64,000 nt of DNA from Lama glama. Taxonomy: Eukaryota. The position numbers and the translations under genes are program-made. The notes below the pieces were generated by a model. It was not told the origin of the DNA, did no database searches, and worked only from the letters and a program-made list of their open reading frames with translations. Every line of letters starts with the position of its first letter. Positions within the stretch are counted from its first letter, which is position 1. The stretch spans positions 101,432,001 through 101,496,000 of the forward strand of contig CM052816.1 in assembly GCA_028534125.1 (NCBI GenBank), written 5' to 3'. Shown here one piece after another: positions 10,296-20,439 of this stretch.

Positions 10296-13200
10296 AGAAC
10301 ACTCTGTCTCATCGAGCATGAAAATTAAACGTGTGGAGAAACGCACCCCCTCCCCGGGTTTATTTCAGGTCTGATCATGTGGCTGGAGAGTTAGCATGTG
10401 AACTGTCTGAAAAAGTCAAACCAAAGCAACAGGCTGATGGAGTCAGTAGGAAGCGGCCCCCTGCCCCCCGGGTACATGTGCAGCGCAGTAAGGAGACGCG
10501 GCTGCTCGCTGGAATTACCAGCCTGTAGTTTCCATATGGGTGGAACCAGCAAAGACTCTGATTAGAGCGGACCCTTTAATCTGATACATGGGCTCACGAG
10601 ACAGCACTTCACACTGACTAGGATGTGGGTGTGACCGAGGAAAAGGAGACGAACCCGTGTTGCAGGCGTGTGGAGGACACCGCCGGTGGGGGCGCAGCTG
10701 GGGCTGCCCTGGGAAGGGAGTGGCGGTTCCTGGGTTTGCTAAACATAGAGTGACCGTGTGACCCCCCACGGCCCCGCCGAGAGATGCTGTCCACAGTCGT
10801 GGAGGTGCATGGCCCTGCGCTCCACGACAGCCGAGCGTGGCAGCAACCTTCGTGCCCCGCTGTCCTGCCCCGCTGGTCCCGTTGCCTGGCCTCGCACCGG
10901 GCCTCGCACACTGACTTAGTTACCGCGGCTCCTGCCCTGTTAGCATCAGCTGATTGACGGCTGCAAAACCGTCCCCTGGAGATTCCGATTGGGCTGCGTC
11001 GCCGCTTCACGTGGGTGTCCTCGGAGCTTAGCTTTTGGGGGAGGGCGCGTATGTCCCCTATTAGACTTACTGGCCGACGCTGATGTTCAGAATGGTAGGA
11101 CGCACCCCGGCAGACGTCAGAGGAGGCGTAATTACGGGGGTCGCCCCACGTCGGGGGCTGAGAGGCCCCGTCACCTGCCCTCAGGCTGGAGGCTCAGGAG
11201 CACGGGCAGCCAGCGGTGTACGCGCCAGTCCTCAGGCCCCAGGCCCAGAACCTGCGACGCCCAGGGCCAGAGGCCACGGCCCGGCTGGAGCAGAGGGAGT
11301 CGGCCCTCCCGTCACAGCTGTGGTCCACGGGTTGGATGGTGCCGCCCACAGCCAGGAGGGTGAATCTTTGTTCAGTTCACTGAGTCAAAGGCTGACCCCT
11401 TCCAGAAGCCCTCACAGACACACCTGGAAGTCACGCTTCACAGAGCACTGGGCCCCTGAGCCAGTCAGGTCGACATGAAATTAACCAACACGGTAACTTT
11501 AAACATTAGCTCCTGACCGGTGGCAGCCCGACAGAAATGCTTTTGGACTTTGAGCACATGTCTGGGGGCTTTGTCGGACTCGCCGAGCCTTCTGTGGGCA
11601 CCTCGGCCCTCCCCCTGCTCAGCCCACGCTCGGGACCCTCAGGTCCCCGTGGCCCCAGTCAGTGTGCATTTGCTGCCTCTCCCGTGATCTGGAATCTTCT
11701 CTGGGGAGCCTTCAGGGCCGAGGGGCTCATGAGCTGTGATTCTGAGCTGCTGACCGTCCTCTGTGGGAGTTCTCGGCACGCCCCACTCCGCCGCCCCCGC
11801 CGTTCCCTCCCCACCTCCACGTTGTCGACCGGGCCCCCCCAGGTTTCCTGGTAAGTGAGGTCTGACCACCACTCCCTCCAGAGCCCCTTCCCATCCCGTC
11901 CCCTAGGACCTGCTCTCCCCAGCCCCGCCGGGTGCACACCCTCACTGCCTGCATCAGCAGTGGCCAGGGGCGCTCACCTGGGCCGCCAGGTGCAGGGAGG
12001 TCAGGGCCCTGGGTGCCCCTTCCTGCACAGGGTTCTGGACCAGCGTCATGGCATCAACTAGCATCTTGCTGGGGACGCAGCCCCACCGGAATCAGCTCCA
12101 GACGGAGGCCCCGGGGTTGCGGCACATCAGAGGGCGAGGAGGGGCTGGGGGCACGCGCTTGTCCATGGTCTGCCCCTCCCCGGGGCAGAGGCCCACATTC
12201 AACGCTAACGGAGGCGTTGAGTGTTTTGCCGGAGCTGTGGCTCATGGAGCCCACGAGAGGCCACTGCCCCCATCTCAGCTGCTGGCTGGAGGTGGGAGCC
12301 TCCCTCCCCACCCTTCAGGCTCAGGCTGGGCGGCTGTCCTACATCTGGTTGTGGGGGTGGGCGGGCCGGGGGCGGGGGGCCCATACGTCCAGTCACTCAG
12401 TGACCCTCAGCTCGCTGGGCCCCTCTGCTGAGGAGCGTGACACCGGGGACAAGCTGTGGGGCCCCAAGGAGCAGGTGGGAACAGGACCCGAGGCAGCGAG
12501 GCCAGCGTGTGGTGGGGGCACAGGGCTCCCCTCAAGTGCAGAGAAGCATGAAGGCTGTGGGCAGAAGAGAGTAAACGAGGCAGAGCGGGGCCTGGGGTGG
12601 GGGTGGCTTGTGGGGGTGGGATGGGCTGCGGGCGGGGGGCCCTGGGCCGGGCCGTCTCTTCCCACATCCTGCACCACGTGCCAGAAATGCAGAGACGTGA
12701 GTGACCCGTGTCCTGCCTGTGCTCAGAGGGACCCGGGACACAGAGGAGAAAGAAGTGTGGATGGGGGTGGGGAGGCTGTGGCCCCACGGCCTGCGTGCTG
12801 TGGACCGGAAAGGCCAGGCTGCGCTGGGCCAGGTCCACAGGGCAGGGTGGCGCCACTCTTTGGACCCACCTCTGGGCTGGGAGGACAGGGATGGGCAGGG
12901 CAGCTGAGACACAGGCCCACGGGTCCAGACAGGTGGGCAGGACTGACCTGGCAGGCCTGGAGCCGCTGAAGGAACAGGACTGGACCCCGAGACCCCAGAC
13001 AAGGCCTCCCCTTCCCTGGGAGGCGGCACAAGAGGGAGACCGGGTGTGTGTGGACGGAGGGTCCGGAGGGGGACTGGGGGGCATGGAGCTGACATGACCG
13101 GCTCTGGGGTCAGCCGGAGACCAGAGACCACGCCCTGGGAGCGCCACAGAGAGCTCCCCTCACTCAGCATCAGGTTTATTTGGCAACACACTCTCCAAGG

Positions 13201-13561
13201 GGCCTTCTTGGGCCTGTAAGATACAGGTTGGTCCACCTTTGAGATGATCCAGTTGCAAAGTCTACACTTAAATCAATGGCAAGACCTGACCGTTCACCAC
13301 ACTTCCGTGGTGCCTTCAAGGAGGGTGGACACAGCGTGGGAAACCGGCTCCCCCACCAGAGCCCCGGGCAGGCACAGTCCTCCTCCATCTCCGCCTCCAG
13401 CCGCACCCCAGCCTTTCTTTCAGGGGGGGCCTCTGCTTCCCCGACACGTGGGTTCCTGTGGGCCCCCAGCCCCAGGGCAGCTACGGCATCCACGGGACGG
13501 GTTCTGCACAGGCGGGTGTTTGGTTAATGTGTCCACATCAATGCTCACAAGCGGTCTTTCT

Positions 13562-14074
13562 TGTTGACCTCGTGAGTGAAAAGTATAGCAGCCGCACCAG
13601 TAAACAAAGGACACTGCGGCCATCAAGTCATCAGACAGTACCCTGGCCCCCAGGGGCCCGCAGGGAACTCGGGATGCGGACAAGCAGGCAGCCCGGCCTC
13701 TGCTGCCGCCCCAGGCGGTGCCCCCGAGGGGACTCGGGCTGGGGAGGCACAGGACCCTGGCCCCGGGCAGCTCAGGTGCACGTCACAGGGGTGGCTTCAG
13801 TGAGCCCAGACGCCTGCATCTTCCCGTGCGTAGAGAAATGCTAAGTTCCCCAACTTGAGACGTCTGGTGTTCCTTAATCCACAGTCACCTTCTGACGTTC
13901 CAGCTACCTGGTCTGTGCTGCAAAAACCCCTGCACGTCCTGGTTTCTCCCTCGCTTCTCCAGAACAGTCCCCTAGAGCACCTGAGAGGCCGTCTCCCGGG
14001 CGCGGGTCCCCACTAAGTCCACCAAATAAAGCGTAACTCAGCTTTTAGGGTGGGCGTCTTTTCTGCAGTCGACA
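13562..14074 (+). mobile_element. Solo LTR, ERV1-like
   Basis: Starts TGTTGAC and ends GTCGACA (near inverted termini); internal AATAAA about 45 nt from the 3' end; 3' motif ctgagaggccgtctcccggg...aataaa...ttttctgcagtcgaca typical of mammalian ERV1 LTRs. Confidence 0.6.
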
Positions 14075-15078
14075 CCCTCAAGTGGTCTTCTGTCCCTATA
14101 GTGCTCGAGTGCACCGTCCTGGGCCCACTGGTGTCGGGGAGCTGGGCTTCCCTGCTTCCCAGCCCCACAAGCAGCATTCCCTCAGCTTCTGGTCTGTTTG
14201 ATGGTGTTTCCGTCACATTTTGTCTTTAAAACCAGGGTCTGGAGTCAAAGAGGCCAGCGCTCAGGCCTCATCACAGCTGCCAGCTGGTCGGCCAGCACGC
14301 TCCCAAGGGCTGAGTGGACAGTCGCAGGGCTGGACGGGTCTGCTGGGGCCAACTGAAAGGTCCCCTCATGTGCGAGAGCTCTCCACGTGGGAAAGGGACC
14401 AGGGGCGGGGGTGATAAGATCTCTGCAAACACCTCTTCGTGCAGTACTCACAGCGAGTGAACAGAATGTGGCCGGAACATGGACCTGTCCAGTCTTCCCG
14501 CCTGGCTGCTGGCCTCTGGCCCCCCAGGCACGGCCTGAATCTGCTTCTGCAACACCCGGAGCACCACGATGTGCGCGTCCCCCAGCCCTCCCAGCACGCG
14601 GGCGCGGCTCACAGAGATGGCAGCTACTCGGAAACCCCGAGGGACTTTCCAGCAGCCACGCACACCCCGTGGAGAGGGCTGAGAGAAGAGGGGAAGGAGC
14701 GCCGGCCCCTCCGGGCGACGTACTCACCAGGAGCCAGCGCCAGCATGGGATCCTTGGTCCACGTGGCCCCCGACGAAGGCGGGAAGTGTCCCCGCGCCAC
14801 GAACCCAGCTTGGGGCTCAGGTGCTTCTGGCTGTGTCTTTAGGGCAGCGAGTGGGGAGGAGTCACCCGTGAGTGTGGAGTGGCGTGTGCTGCACGCGTGT
14901 TAACCCTCCTCCCACCCACGTATCAGCAGACACAGACACGTGTTCCCGCTGCAGCGTGTGCCTGCCCCACCGAGCCGCCTGCTGTCTGTGCTGGTGGCCG
15001 GTGCTGGTGCAGGACGGCCCGGTTCTGTTTGGAAACTCACTTTAAACAAGGTATGACATGTTACAAAACACACATATT

Positions 15079-15084
15079 TTTATT
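15079..15084 (-). terminator. Polyadenylation signal AATAAA of NKD2 (3'UTR about 15055-16046)
   Basis: TTTATT on + strand about 970 nt beyond the NKD2 stop, in an AT-rich patch with GT-rich sequence downstream on -. Confidence 0.7.
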
Positions 15085-16046
15085 ATGACTGGGAAAAACT
15101 CAATCACAAGTCAACCACCAAGTTGCTTTATCCTTGAAAACTGCCGAGGGGCCAAGGACAAAGCCAGCTGCACAAATTCACAAGTCTCATCTCGGACGGA
15201 GCGGCAGCAGTTTCCCACCCCGGGGACGCCCCCGGCCGAGGCCCAGGACCAGCACTGCCTGTGCTCTGGGAAGTCCTGCTGGTCTGCCACCCTCTTCCCG
15301 ACCTCCCGGAGGGACTCAGGCTTGTCCAAAGTTGAAGCTGTGTCCCGAGAACCCGATGGTTCAGATTCGAGTCCACAGAGGAGGGGACACCCACCTACTG
15401 CCCAACTGTCTGCGAGTGGGTTTCAGGAAGAGCCCTCACCTCCCCGGCCCTGCTGACCACCTCTGTGTCCACTTACGATGCTGGCGGTGCTGCCCGGAGG
15501 CCGAGCCCGGCCGGCACCCTCCTCCCAGCTCTGCCTTTCCTGACTGCTCTGCCGCGCTCTGGGGAGCCTCCTAGGCCACCCGCCGCCCGCCCGCACGGCC
15601 CCCTTCTCCTCTGTGATCTGTGCCGGCCTCGTGTGGCGGAACTGGCCACCGCACGTGTGGGCCCGGAGAAGCAGCTGCTCCTCAGGCCACGGCTCCCGGC
15701 TTCAAGAACGATGAGCCCAGAGGGCCTACGAAGCTCCCTGCCCACTCAGGGCTGGCGACAAGTCCACATCCCCGGCCCCACAAGCTGAAGAACCCCGAGC
15801 GCGAGGCCCCAGAGGAAGACACGCCGAGAACGTCTGAGCAGACCCATTGACGCCGCGGGGCTGTACTTTGGTTTCATGACGAAAGCAGGTTCAGGTATCT
15901 CTGTGAGCGCAGGTGTGCTGTTACGATCACACAGAGCAGCATGGTGACGGGGACGTCAGCGGCAGGGATGCGGTCTCTGGATGCCCGTCGGGAAGAGCCG
16001 AGGGAAGAAGGGCCTTTCCGAGCGTCCCTCGGCGCCCGGGGCCGCG

Positions 16047-16627
16047 CTAGGAGGGGGCGTGGTGGTGGTGGTGGTGGTGGTGGTGGTGCTCGTGGTGGTG
16101 GTGGTGCTCATGGCGCTGGACCACGGGCACCGCACAGGCCTCGCCCAGCAGCAGGGGCGGCAGGTCCCGCACCACCTCGTGCTCCAGCACCGCGGGCTGG
16201 CCCAGCGCAGCCCTGAGAGGCGAGGGGCCCTCCCTGCCCTTCTGCCGGCACCGCCTGTGGCCGTAGGGCGGTGGCGGGGGCTGGGGCGGGGGCTGCGGGA
16301 GGTGGTGGCCATCCTGGGGGGCCTGGGATGGGGGTGGTGGCGGGTGGTAGCTGAAGGCTCTCCCGGGCCTCCCCGCCCCGCTGGGCGCCCCGGGTGGCCT
16401 CCCCGCACCCTGGGGGGACTTCAGGAACTGCTTCTCCTGCCCCTTCAGCCGGGGCTGCAGGTCCAGGGCGCGGGGGACAGGCTCTGCGGCCAGCAGGGCA
16501 TGGTCGGCCGGTGCAGGACACCGGCGGTGGTGCGCGGAGTGTGCGTCCGACTCCTGGGAGCGGGACCTGGTCTGGGGGTGCAGGGCCTTGGCCTGGTGCT
16601 CCTGCCTGGCCTGCCCTGGGGGGGACC
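16047..16627 (-). CDS. NKD2: NKD2 exon 10 (last coding exon; Pro-rich region and poly-His tail)
   Basis: cctcag acceptor; (G)SPPGQARQEHQ...EHEVVRDLPP...VVQRHEH5EH10APS*; TAG at 16049-16047. Confidence 0.96.
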
Positions 16628-16759
16628 CTGAGGACACAGGAACCTGTGAGGCCCTCTGCAGGGCCTGGACATCTCACCTGGACCAGGCCCACGCCCACAC
16701 GCCTGTTGAGCCCACCTTTGGAGGCGGCGCAGGGCGGGGGCTGGGTCTCCGGTACCTAC

Positions 16760-16887
16760 CGGGTCCAAACTTAGACGTGTAGTTCTCGATGCCAGCCAGG
16801 TCCAGGTAGTGGTTTCTCCGCTCAGTGTTCTCATCCACGCAGTACGGCCCCCGCTCGGAGCAGGGGCTGGGGTCCGCGCTGGGCCTC
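16760..16887 (-). CDS. NKD2: NKD2 exon 9
   Basis: 128 nt; RPSADPSPCSERGPYCVDENTERRNHYLDLAGIENYTSKFGP, the conserved vertebrate NKD 30-aa motif; cag/gtaggt boundaries. Confidence 0.96.
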
Positions 16888-17346
16888 CTGCGTGGGGCAC
16901 AGGGAGCAATCCTGACTCCTCAGGCTCCGACCAGCACCCCCACCGGGACAAGAGGCTCCCACCACCAGAACCACAGTCGCACCCACTGGCCTGTGCTGTC
17001 TTTGGGCTCACCTGGGACACCTGCTGGGGCTCTGCGGCCGCCACCCCAGTCACCACCACAGCGCAGGAGTGGGACCACAGGGCGCCGGGGCAAGGGCGCC
17101 GGGGCAAGGGCACCGGGCGTCTGCAGGCCAACCCACTGCTCCCCTCCACGCCCCCGGCCTCTCAGCCCCGGCCCGAGCGCTGGCCTCCACCCCAACTGTA
17201 GGGCGTGCCCAGGCTTCCCTGCCGGCGTCCAGGCCTCCGCACCCCGGTGCCCATCCTGGGCAGACGGCCCCTGAGGCCGGTGGGCAGCAAGGACAGGGTG
17301 GGCTGCTCCCATCTGAGGAGGGTGGACCTGGATCCCAGCCCCTCAC

Positions 17347-17431
17347 CTGACGTGCGCAGACAGCCTCTTGTCCGCCACCCTGGGGTCCTCGGTGAGCTCC
17401 CCTTCTGTCCTGCAGCGCGTGGGCTCCCGGT
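17347..17431 (-). CDS. NKD2: NKD2 exon 8
   Basis: 85 nt; (D)REPTRCRTEGELTEDPRVADKRLSAHV(R); ttgcag/gtgagg boundaries; phase consistent. Confidence 0.93.
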
Positions 17432-17810
17432 CTGCAACAGGTGGGCATACGTTCCCTCCCTCCCTCCACCCCTCTTCACTCTTCCCTCACTCACTCACTC
17501 TCTCTCTCCAGTACTCACGCCCTCAGTCATTCCTTCACCAAACAGTTTCGAGGCCCTGCCAGATGCCAAGCCCCGCCTTCCATGTTCAGGAAACCACAGA
17601 GGTTTCTGTCCTGATGGGGACACTGAACAGCAGACACGGTTAACAAGGAGCCCATGGCGCAGTGAGCAGGAGTTAGGAGCGATGGGGAAACGCAGCGTGG
17701 GGGCCGGGGGCAGGAGGGGTGGCTGCAGGGAGTGTGGGCGGCCATTTAGAGCAGGGTCTTCTGGCGTCTGATCTGGGGGGCCGCTGCAGCCCCAGAGCCC
17801 TGGCCCTCAC

Positions 17811-17958
17811 CCTGGCCGGTGGGGGTGCCTTCCTTCCTCTTGCTGGAGGGCTCCGGGCTGACAGTCAGCTTCACACGGAGGGTCTTGCTGCTGCCCGAGG
17901 AGTGGCTGACCGAGGCGTCGACAACCTCGTAGATGGTGTGCATCAGGCTGGACATGTC
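17811..17958 (-). CDS. NKD2: NKD2 exon 7 (C-terminal part of the EFX domain)
   Basis: 148 nt; DMSSLMHTIYEVVDASVSHSSGSSKTLRVKLTVSPEPSSKRKEGTPTGQ; cttag/gtgagg boundaries. Confidence 0.96.
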
Positions 17959-18642
17959 CTAAGGGTGGCATGGGTGTGTCATGGACACAGGCAGACTGAG
18001 GGGACACTGCCCAAGTCATGCTGCCCGCTGCCGCCTCCAGGCTGCCTGCCTGTTTGATTCGCTCAGCATCCTGACAGAGCGCGGCGAGATGGCCGCTCAT
18101 CTGAGCAGCCCTCCTCAGCCTGGTGCGGGCACCGGGAGGCCCGAGTCAGCGGCCCTGCTGGAGGCACATCTCTCTGACTCTGTAAACTTCAAACTGAATC
18201 CATGTTCAAAGAAATTAGCAACCTGGTCAACTATCAACGTTTTGTTTTTAACATAAACACACTTATTTCAGTCATCCTATGTGCCTGTTTCCTTTCCAGG
18301 AGCACCATGTGCCTCCAAGACACACAGCCCAGCAGAACCGAGCACCAGGGACACTCCCAGGACCCTCACCGCCTGGCCAAGGGGCTGCTGGCCAGGGCAG
18401 ATGCAGGCTGCATAGGTGACGGGAGGTGACACGGACTCCAGCCGGCTCCACCCATCACCTGGGTACCATGGTGGCTCCCCTCCCACCCACCCACCCCAGC
18501 CTGCCTCCTGGGAAGTGTCCCGGCCTCTCCTCCCACCCTAGGCAGGCTCAGCCCATCTCCCTATCACAGAGATCCGGCACTGCCATCCGTCTGCTACCAG
18601 TGCCCTTCGCGGGGACGGTCTGATGCAGACAAAGTGAGTCAC

Positions 18643-18738
18643 CTCTCTGGTGGCCTTCCCACTGTGGTCGAAGCCGTACAGGGTGAACGTCCACTCCTGG
18701 TGGCTGTCTTCCTCCACTGAGACATCACACTGGAGCGC
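18643..18738 (-). CDS. NKD2: NKD2 exon 6 (EF-hand loop)
   Basis: 96 nt; ALQCDVSVEEDSHQEWTFTLYGFDHSGKATRE; ccatag/gtgact boundaries. Confidence 0.95.
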
Positions 18739-19121
18739 CTATGGGGGTGCACAGGGGCAGAGGCAGCAGTGTTGGCCTCACCCCTGGGCAGGGACCCCCG
18801 AGCCTCGCCTCACTCCAGGAAAACGGACCCCTCCCCTCCTAAGCGGGTGGGGGAGACGGGATGGTCTGTGAAGTCAGCTTCTGGGTCACTCCCCTGTGCT
18901 GCAGGGACGCCCGGGGACATCGCTCAGTACCTGGCATCACACTGGCTAGCCACGGCGACACCTCCACCCCTGAAGCCTGCCCGCCGGAGCAGCCCAGCCC
19001 AGGGCCCTGTAACTCCCCCAGCCCGCTGAACCTCAGGGGAGCGGCCCAGGCTGCAGGGCGCAGGGACGTCCATCCCGGCCGTCGGCCCCGCCCCACGAGG
19101 GAGGCAGGAGCAAAGACCTAC

Positions 19122-19249
19122 GTCAACGTTCAGGCGCTTCTTGCCCAGGCCTCGGGGGCCCTCGTGGGTTGCCGCTCTTTCTCCATCCTCTGGGCTCAAG
19201 AGCTGCCCCAGGCCCTCTCGGCCCTCAGCCTTCTCAGGCGGCAGCACCA
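19122..19249 (-). CDS. NKD2: NKD2 exon 5
   Basis: 128 nt; (V)VLPPEKAEGREGLGQLLSPEDGERAATHEGPRGLGKKRLNVD; ctgcag/gtaggt boundaries. Confidence 0.94.
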
Positions 19250-19457
19250 CTGCAGCGACAAGACGACAAGACAGGTGAGAAGGGCCGCCCGCCCAGGCCC
19301 AGCCCAGCTGATGCTGCAGGGCAGAGAGCGTGGGAAAGGGTGGCCCGAGAGCCCCAGAGTCCTTGCGGAGCCTCTGGGCCCCTCCAGGACGGTTCTGAGC
19401 CAAGAACCTGGCCTTGCCAGACACTAGGCACCAAGAGACCTGAGCAGCTCTCGCCCA

Positions 19458-19773
19458 GGTGAGCCACGGCCAGGTGTGTCCCCAGCTCCCCCCGCCCCGG
19501 CTGAGCCACGGCCAGGTGTGTCCCCAGATCCCCCCGCCCCGGCTGAGCCACGGCCAGGTGTGTCCCCAGCTCCCCCCGCCCCGGCTGAGCCACGGCCAGG
19601 TGTGTCCCCAGCTCCCTCCACCCTGGCTGAGCCACGACCAGGTGTGTCCCCAGATCCCCCTGCCCCGGCTGAGCCACGGCCAGGTGTGTCCCCAGATCCC
19701 CCCGCCCCGGCTGAGCCACGGCCAGGTGTGTCCCCAGCTCCCTCCACCCTGGCTGAGTCACGGTCAGGTGTGT
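19458..19773. repeat. 42-bp minisatellite (VNTR), about 7.5 copies, in NKD2 intron 4
   Basis: Unit gagccacggccaggtgtgtccccag(c/a)tccccccgccccggct starting at 19461, 19503, 19545, 19587, 19629, 19671, 19713, plus a partial copy at 19755. Confidence 0.95.
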
Positions 19774-20378
19774 TCTCTGCCTCTGCCCCACCTGGCCAGC
19801 AGTCGCTTCGAAGCACAGGGCCGGGAGAAGGCAGGCCTGCAGGCCCACAAGGAGGTCCCTGCCCGCGGGGCCCCCAGGAGAATCACGGCATCGTCTGGCT
19901 TCCCCTGCCCAGCGACACGGCCCGGTCGCCCAACAACCCTCAACCCGAGTCCACGGAGGCCTGTGCACTGGGCAGCGCCCTCCCTGACCTCTGGGTGAGG
20001 GTGGACCATGAGCTCTTGCTCCCGGGCGCACTTGCTCCCCAGGGTGGGCGCCCGGGTGTGCTCCTCTCGCACCTGCCGATGGCACTCGTCCAGCTGCCGG
20101 GAGGATGCTCGGTGCCCGAGCTCCTGACTAGGGCTCTCAGGGCCCCTCTGAAGCAGCCCTGCTGGTTGGCCTCCTGGCACCCGGAGCGACTCCTTGCCCA
20201 CACGATAGGGACACTCACCCTGGGACCCGTCCCCCAGAGAAGCCTGGTGACCATCTGCCGTGCCGCACAGAAGACCCTCCACCGCGGACGCCCGTGCATG
20301 GGGGCCACTCAGGGCGGCTGCATTTCACATGCTGACCATTGGGACAGCCTGACACTAACACAGCATGCTGGGCCTTAC

Positions 20379-20439
20379 CCTCTAGTGGGCCCTGGTCCTC
20401 CCGGAAATGTCCTTCCTTGGGGTCCCCGCTGGGCAGCTC
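20379..20439 (-). CDS. NKD2: NKD2 exon 4
   Basis: 61 nt; ELPSGDPKEGHFREDQGPLE; ttctttctccctgcag/gtaagg boundaries. Confidence 0.94.

Noticed and set aside
11932-12969. 345-aa intergenic ORF and overlapping ORFs
   Set aside because: G/P/R/A-rich composition, ORFs open in several frames on both strands, no homology recognised; expected at this GC content
13175-13180. Minus-strand AATAAA as a distal NKD2 poly(A) site
   Set aside because: A better-context signal exists at 15079-15084; no further support
15981-16631. 216-aa + strand ORF with a poly-Val 'transmembrane' run
   Set aside because: Reverse-complement shadow of the NKD2 poly-His exon
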